The notes beneath the pieces are model-generated. The model worked only from the letters and a program-made list of their open reading frames with translations. It was not told the origin of the DNA and did no database searches. From Tubiluchus corallicola (taxonomy: Eukaryota > Animalia > Priapulida): 64,000 bases of DNA. The DNA lies in contig JAQGDQ010001059.1 in assembly GCA_030141605.1 (NCBI GenBank), forward strand, positions 1 through 64,000, given 5' to 3'. Of the stretch, positions 56,977 to 64,000 are shown one piece after another; the first letter of the stretch is position 1; every line of letters starts with the position of its first letter. The position numbers and the translations under genes are program-made.

Positions 56977-57630
56977 ATGTCAGATGAGGAATTCGAAAGT
57001 GTCGTACGGCAATTTCTGCAACATTTGGAACCTGAGAACTCACCTGTGATAAAACAATGTGATTGGTCGCTTGTAAATTCTGAAAATGAGTACAGACAGC
57101 GATTGGACGAATTGGAGGCGCTTAAAAAGGAGAAGGAAAATCTGTCGGAGAAATACGAAGCGTTTCTGGTGAAAAAAACGAGACAAGAAGAACTGAGAGA
57201 AGAGCAGCAGGAAGGGTTGGACGAGAAAAGGGCAGAATTGGAGACACTGCGAAAGAGAATAACCGAAGTTAAAGAAGAAAACAACTTGCTGATTGGCGAA
57301 CTAAAAAAATGCGAAGAAATGGCGGAGAAAACGAACGAGGCGCTGGCTTGTCTAGATGTCCAGTCCGTGAACCACGTGAGCCGTGAGTTGGCGCTGTACA
57401 AGAAGCTCACACACGTGCGCTGGCACGAAGACCCGGAGCCGGGCAAAGTGAAGGGCGTGGTGAGCGAGAAGACGGACGCGAAGGTGTTCGACTTGGACAA
57501 GAATAAGTATTCTCAGTTTTTTATAACAAACTACGTCTGGAATCTGATGACACCTGCAGACGAGGATGAAACGGATGATTGTAACAACCTGCATCAGGGC
57601 ATAGGAAACTTGAATTTAGATACCAACTAA
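56977..57630 (+). CDS. SPC24: Kinetochore protein Spc24 (Ndc80 complex), single coding exon
   Basis: Long coiled coil followed by an RWD-type C-terminus LYKKLTHVRW-EDPEPGKVKGV...FDLD...SQFFITNYVWNLM typical of Spc24. ATG at 56977 follows an acceptor ending at 56947; AATAAA at about 57705. Confidence 0.88.
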   Translation: MSDEEFESVVRQFLQHLEPENSPVIKQCDWSLVNSENEYRQRLDELEALKKEKENLSEKYEAFLVKKTRQEELREEQQEGLDEKRAELETLRKRITEVKEENNLLIGELKKCEEMAEKTNEALACLDVQSVNHVSRELALYKKLTHVRWHEDPEPGKVKGVVSEKTDAKVFDLDKNKYSQFFITNYVWNLMTPADEDETDDCNNLHQGIGNLNLDTN

Positions 57631-57774
57631 ACTTTAGGCCACGTTATAAAAGCTTTATTTATTCACTTTTTTGATATTAACCGTTGGTTAAACCCTGCAA
57701 AGGTAATAAAAAATGTAATTTTGTTACATTCTTGAAAGTTGTATAGAAATATCTTAGCATACATTTGATCATTA

Positions 57775-58476
57775 CAGTGTTCCCTCGCTACTTTGCGGTT
57801 CATTTATTGCGGGTTTTCAAAAATATTAATGCAAAATATTTATCGCGGTATTTTCGCTGTTTCGTGGGTTTTCAAAGTATTTTTGCACATGCGTAGTACG
57901 GTGATGTATAGATTTGATGAATATTGCATAAAAATGAAAAAATGTATAAAAATATATTAGAAATATTAACTCTGATATTAAAAGAATATTATAAATCATA
58001 AAAAAATTATCATTTACATAAATAGTGTATTTATTCGGCGGATGAATACACACCAAAAACGAAATGTAGTACTTGCGCCCGAAATGTGATGCTACTTGCT
58101 GACCTGAGATTGTACACAACGCACGATTGGTTGATTGTGAACATTTAAGTAAAGTTTTTTAAAAGGGACATGTCCAGTATGGGAAAAGTTATTAAGGGAA
58201 TGGGAAATTGTAATGTATAAGAGTGTGGGGAGGGTTTATAAAGACACAACACACGATTGGTTGATTGATGGAAAGCTTTTTAAAAGGTACATGTACAGTA
58301 TGGGAAAAGTTATTAAGGGAATTGGAAAGGGTTATGTATAAGAGTGTGGGGAGGGTTTATAAAGACTTAAAATAATGTATAACTACTAAAATAAGTATAG
58401 CGTCCCTACTTCGTGGAAATTCACTTATCACGTGTGGGCCTGGAACGGAACACCCGCGATAAGTGAGGGAACACTG
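57775..58476. mobile_element. Tc1/pogo (Tigger-like) MITE with an internal ~130-bp duplication
   Basis: TA-flanked CAGTGTTCCCTC/GAGGGAACACTG TIRs; homologous to 4845-5303. Confidence 0.85.
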
Positions 58477-59493
58477 TATTCAAATTTTGTGTTGTATCAG
58501 TAAAAGTTATTTTCACTTCAGATTGTTATTTGTGAATGTATTCGCAACGTAGCTGCATTTTGGAATTGTTAATGCATTCTTGATGTATTAAAAGTTCTTG
58601 GAACATTAAACAAACTTGTAACGCAATAAATGTAATTTAAGATTTCTTCATATTCAGTTTCTGTCTGTGCATGTCATTCAAATTGTGTCAATGTTTTAAA
58701 TTTTTGTATAAAGATAACTAAAAATGGATACATATAAAGTTATGTAGAAACTGTAAAAACAGTCCGTACTTCAGATAAAGTGTTGTACAAATGTCTTTAT
58801 CTAAAATCTAGAAGCAACATAGGCTGGAGCATTGTAACACTGTCATTTTTTATTTTATATTACAAGAAGTATACTATGTATTAACTCAATGCTATGCAAA
58901 AAAATTTTTATAGTAGTTTTTTAAATACATCTTGGTGACTATGGAAGTCATAAACCTGTGCTCAGTAACAAGACCTGCTCGTTGTAGTTGTTTGTGGCAA
59001 GACGGCACCTGGCTCATTATTAAGATGAGGCACTGAAACAACAGAGGTGTCCAAGTGGCATTCGGATGTGGATATACACTTCCTATATTAGGTAAACAAT
59101 CAGAAAAATATAGCGTATGAAACAGCCCCAAGCAAGTATTGAACCCAGCGATCGCTTAGAAAGATGTAAGACGGCACAGAAATTTTATTCATAAAACTTG
59201 AACGGAACAGTTAACAATTAACACATTTCATTAACACATTTGCTTTATGTTCGTCCTAGTTAATCTATCTATTAGGAATTACACGAAAACTGAAGACACC
59301 ATGTGATCTTATATAACTGAGCTGATTATTAACTGATTGTGCAACAATATGAAAATGCAATAAATATATCTATGACCTGTTATGGCCAAATATAAAACAT
59401 CTTCTTTTCATAGAAAAACAGAAAACTCAGAGCATCACATTTTTATATTGTTGTTCGATCAATTAATAATCAGTTCAGTTATATCAGACCACT

Positions 59494-59921
59494 GCACTCA
59501 TATTTCGGTTTGCCTGACAAAAGCGGTTAGATGTCGGTCTGAGTTTGCCGATTGTCCGTATTTTCTGATACTAAACTAATACAGTGGGCGCCGTGCATTA
59601 GATTCACTGTAATGTATCATCAATCGTCTAATTGTCTCAAAAAACGTCTAGTACAAGTCGCTCCTGTTCAGAAGTATATAAAAACTGTCCGCAATTGACT
59701 CAAATAACTCCACATAATTGATTCTATATTTTCATTCATAGAGATATACGCGTGGTTACACTGATGTAATGATGTAAACAAAGTGACATCCCGCCAACTA
59801 GTGGTCAGCTTGCGAAATAGCGGACTGTGTCCGTAGTATGCGGGACTTTAATCCAGACCAGATTTTGTCCGAATTTTCCAATATCTGTAGAATCGAGATC
59901 AGACAAACCGAGATATGAGTA
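59494..59921. mobile_element. MITE family E, inverted copy
   Basis: CACTCATATTTCGGTTTG...CAAACCGAGATATGAGT. Confidence 0.72.
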
Positions 59922-60475
59922 TATTTGTGTATATTTCTGCTAGATAGAAATTATAATATCGATGACATAATTGTCCTAAATGACGAAAAACTTCGAAATA
60001 AATTTGATACCTTGATGCCAGCTTAATCTAAGGCACATTTGCAAACCTAGATAACTTGGCAAACTTTGATTTGAAATAGTGTTAAACTGTTAGAATAATA
60101 TAGTCAAACCTCGTTACAACGCCAGGTCTGGAACACCGCTAAATATGAGTGGGGGGCGGGGGTGGGCGGTAAGGCGAGGTTCATTAAATATCAAAGCCAT
60201 TCCAGCCTGTAACCTCTATTTTGTTTCGTAGTTAATTTTAATATGTCATAAATAGTACAATATTGTTATACCTTCAACAATACATGTGTTATACTGTACA
60301 TTTTTGCTGCATTAACAAAATTAATGCAGGTGGTAGTTCTACGGCGGCGCGTTGCGTAACTTTTAGGTAAAACATTGTGGAGTAGCAATCTTGTGAAATA
60401 CTGCTATCTCCCAATAAAAGAAATATGCAGCCACACAGCCCACCCACGCTCCCACCGTAACATTACTAGATAACT

Positions 60476-60681
60476 TGTTGGCATCCTTCTGTCTGGAAGA
60501 CAATGGAGTGTGCGCCAAGAGAGTCAGTTATTGATCACATTGATGGAGCTGCAGCGTCGACTGTGGCTGAGCAGTCTGATCCTTGAACCACTGGAGTAGC
60601 TTCTCCAGGGCACACGCCTGAGCAATGTGTATGGAGATCCTGAGTTGCCTAGACAACAGGAACCCCCTCTCTTCCTCCCTG
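60476..60681 (-). mobile_element. 5'-truncated copy of the 5S-SINE tail
   Basis: Reverse complement of about 39934-40129. Confidence 0.82.
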
Positions 60682-61003
60682 TTATAAACTCAACAGAAAT
60701 CGAGGTTCGGTATAACATAGCAGCCAGGAACCAGGTCTATATGAGTGATGCATTTATATTAACTTGTTATAAATACAATTTTAGGTTAAATATTTATCTA
60801 CTTTTTATGTCAAATATTATTAATTTTCCTTTTAAATAACATTTCATGCATGTTGATCACACAAATTAAAGAAATGTTAATGTACTTGATCTTCTGAAAC
60901 ACGTTGACTTTTCCTTTAATTTTGCATTTTTTAGGTGAAATTGGTAGGATCTGGCGCTTGACCTCGAGCAGGTAACTTCGCAAACACCTTTATACGGAGG
61001 AAA

Positions 61004-61582
61004 ATGGACAAAGTAGCTCTGAGATTCTCAAAGCTTACCGAGCATGCATTCGCTCCCACGAAGGGCTCGAAACTCGCGGCTGGCTATGATTTGTACAGTG
61101 CGTATGACTACAAAATACCTTCCAAGGGTCAAGTGATGGCAAAGACGGACATTAACGTGGCCGTACCAGAGGGAAGTTACGGGCGAGTAGCTCCTCGCTC
61201 GGGACTCGCGCTGAAGCACAGTATCGACGTGGGAGCCGGAGTCGTCGACGCCGATTACCGCGGCAACCTGGGCGTCATCTTGTTCAACTTCGGCGACAGC
61301 GAGTTCGTCGTGAAAAGAGGCGACAGAATTGCCCAGCTCATTTGCGAGAAGATCTTCCTGCCGGAGCTGAAGGAGATGGAGCAACTCGACGACACCGCTC
61401 GCGGCGAGGGCGGATTTGGCTCGACTGGGGTGTCACATGTTGACCAAAATGGAAGCGTCGATGCAGAGGCAACGGCAAATGATGTTACTGAACAGAACGG
61501 GGAAGAAACTAAGCCTAATAGGGCAGAAGCCAAGAAGCCTCGCCTAGAGGTGGAGCAAGATCGTGGTGATGAGAAGGCGTGA
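61004..61582 (+). CDS. DUT: Trimeric dUTP diphosphatase (dUTPase), single coding exon
   Basis: All five motifs present: [37 protein letters not shown]. An in-frame stop lies upstream of the ATG; acceptor ends at 60934; AATAAA at about 61626. Confidence 0.97.
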   Translation: MDKVALRFSKLTEHAFAPTKGSKLAAGYDLYSAYDYKIPSKGQVMAKTDINVAVPEGSYGRVAPRSGLALKHSIDVGAGVVDADYRGNLGVILFNFGDSEFVVKRGDRIAQLICEKIFLPELKEMEQLDDTARGEGGFGSTGVSHVDQNGSVDAEATANDVTEQNGEETKPNRAEAKKPRLEVEQDRGDEKA

Positions 61583-61734
61583 CCGGACATGAAGCCACAA
61601 ACTTATTTGTGACCCGGTTATCAGAAATAAAACATTGTGTCAAGTGTATTGGATGTTACGCTGCTTTTACGTTTTTTTGCAACCGAAAGATTTGTTTTTG
61701 AAAAAAGAAATATAAGCTCCCTGCGGTATGAGTC

Positions 61735-62268
61735 CAGGGATGAGAATTTTCCGCGGATACGCAGAGTTCCGAGTTTTTGGAAGACCAGTAGTGCCATTTT
61801 TGTAAATCTCGTGAATTCGTTGAGAAAATTTTTACAGACCCAGTACATTATTTCACAAACTGACCGCTAGGTGGCAGGCCGTCACTTTGTTTACATCACG
61901 TACATCAGTGTAACCACGTGTATATCTCTATGTATAAAAATATAGAATCAATTGTGCTGAGTTATTTGAGTCAATTACAGACAGTCTTTATATACTTTTG
62001 CATAGGAACGGCCAGTACTTAGGCGTTTTTGAGACAATTAAGTATCATGTATCCTTGATAGTTGGGTATTTTAAATTATGGATGAAACAAGGTGATCGAT
62101 ATTTTAAGTCCACTTAGAGGCTCTCTATGGTCACAAAATTGTAATTTGTTGCTTTGCCCCCTTGAACCCCCATGAGTGCTTTGCTCCTCAACCCCATTAG
62201 GGGCTTAGGCAGCTGCAAAACCCCCGGCCTGTTTCAGAGTTTTTTGCAATTTGTCATTCTCATTCCTG
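61735..62268. mobile_element. MITE family C downstream of DUT
   Basis: TIRs; flanks TATGAGTC/CATGAATC. Confidence 0.88.
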
Positions 62269-62857
62269 CATGAATCCCGAATGTACTGATAAATCGTCAT
62301 TGTCGTCGTCATCTTCATCAACCAACTGTCTCTTTTGACAGCTGTGTGTCAACTAAAACATTCAAAATTCTTTGACAGAAGTCTGAATCAATATATATTA
62401 TGAATATATATGATTTGGAGTATATCATATTTATTCATGTTCGGAACTGGTGCTGAAGTGGCAAAACATTGTTAAATGTTGACTGATTGACTGAAATGAC
62501 CGTACGTTATTATTAATTACGAATTTCCTATTAACCTTGTACTGATCTGTCTCTTGCAATGTAAAAATCAATGAACAATTTACTTGAAGTATTTCATTCA
62601 AATTCCAAGTACATGCAGTTATCACCTGTCTGTGGAATGTAATTAATGCAGAAATAATTGTTGAATTCAGCGCTAAGAATTGGTACAATTAATGAACAAT
62701 TGTGCAACAGAGAAGAAAAGTCGCAACGTTTTAGTCGATCAACTGTGAATTATCACCGGGTTCAAACCTGGACCGAAACTTTGTCTTTTCTTTTCTGTAT
62801 CAAGGGATTTTTTATCATAGCATGAGTAAAATTAATCTCGTTGTATAGTGGATAATG

Positions 62858-63128
62858 CGTTGTATTGGTCGTGTGTAGCTGCTTGAGGAATGGTAAAGCT
62901 ATGAAGAGTCTGATTATAAAATGACACGTTTATTAAACATCAACACAATAAGTATAATAGATGGCAATGCCAAAAGCCCCTGATCTGACGGTTTGTACGC
63001 TCCGGCTCCTAGACTTAATCTGAGACTAATTCCTTGAGCTGCAGGCCCCGCACGCCTTATATATCGTGCGCGGTGTCCCGACGCCGCAATTCCTGGATCA
63101 CGTAATCACGTGACACCACTCCTTAACA
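62858..63128 (-). mobile_element. Possible solo LTR
   Basis: Minus strand starts TGTTAAGG and contains TATATAAG followed by AATAAA; no clear TSD, single copy. Confidence 0.4.
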
Positions 63129-63860
63129 GCTTTCATCATGCCAGCATCTATCAACATAGTTATTTATCATAATCTACTCCTTTTAACATAATTTAACAGG
63201 TTCTCTTTACTGCATATTTTGTTTGTGGTGACATGTAACAATACAGTGTCACAACGGCGAAATAATTGGCCCAACACCACATACTGTAGTGCAAGGGAAA
63301 AGGTGTGTTGCATTTATAGAGTCTTAAAATGCCAAAAAATGTCAAAAAAACGTATAAGCACTTTGGCATTAGCAGTCCGGTTTGATTACATGAAACTTTT
63401 TGTCCGTGTTTGTTTATCGTGTTATTACAATAACCAAGTCGTTATATTTATTTTAGATTCAAGTTGTACTGCTGTAGTTGACTTTCAGTTTTGTCCTATT
63501 AATTTTTCATGTTATTAATTTTGTTGATTATTATTTTGTATCTAGTATTTAATGTGCCAATTTCTCTCATTCAGTAAAAAGAATACTTGTTTTACTAATA
63601 TAACAAACTTATGCACTGTAGTTTTAGATAAATGCACTGCAGTTTCTAATTTGTAAATTTCTAAAAAAAATTTGCACTACTGCTAAGATTTGTTGCACTG
63701 TACATTGTGCAGGTATAGTATAAGAATAAAAAGCGTAACAACAATAAATTTCTGTATCTTATTTATTCCTGGTTTTTACTTGATAAATATTTGTCATTCG
63801 GATGTAATGGCATTACTGTACTTAGTTGTACATAAAGTTGTACATAGCTGTACCATAAAG

Positions 63861-64000
63861 CAGGGATGTGCAAACTGCGGCCCGCGGGCACTTGCGGCCC
63901 ACTGAGAGATCTTATGCGAAGAGGTTTGTCAATGTAATGAAAGTGCGGCCCATGCAATCCAGCTGAAGTCTGCACCAATATCGCAAAGATAGTGCGGGTA
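63861..64000. mobile_element. hAT-type MITE family A, cut by the window end
   Basis: Starts CAGGGATGTGCAAAC and continues with the family's internal sequence. Confidence 0.8.

Noticed and set aside
61004-61582. Viral or retroelement-borne dUTPase
   Set aside because: It has a cellular eukaryote-like sequence, a splice acceptor and a poly(A) signal, with no flanking viral genes or paired LTRs.
61621-61734. Minus-strand peptide FSKTNLSVAKKRKSSVTSNTLDTMFYF resembling a hAT dimerisation motif
   Set aside because: It is short, lacks the upstream W/P/S-ERxFS signature and overlaps the DUT 3' region; probably chance.

Overview
AT-rich, repeat-dense genomic DNA from an invertebrate animal; the species cannot be determined from this window. 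It holds four host genes. (1) A complete 10-coding-exon TAF3 (+, 3410-25526, 1023 aa by manual splicing, with an N-terminal histone fold and a C-terminal PHD finger). (2) A convergent, 5'-incomplete giant gene (-, 47176-30617) with the ZNF292/RLF/ZNF654 N-terminal domain, AT-hooks, an 8.4 kb last exon and no recognisable C2H2 fingers. (3) and (4) Two cell-cycle genes with uninterrupted coding sequences, SPC24 and dUTPase (+). The rest is dominated by MITEs (hAT-, Tc1/pogo-, piggyBac- and Merlin/MULE-like), Helitron fragments, solo LTRs, tRNA- and 5S-derived SINEs, CR1/L2-group LINE remnants and minisatellites. Highlights: a TSD-flanked ~0.5 kb non-autonomous RTE element whose 5' end is a twister ribozyme core starting at the self-cleavage site; an antisense copy of TAF3's own exon 5/donor junction inside intron 1; inverted MITE pairs bracketing a frame-preserving block of TAF3 exons; and one internal module carrying a CTCF-like motif shared by two MITE families with unrelated termini. 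All coordinates were read by eye, and no database search was run.
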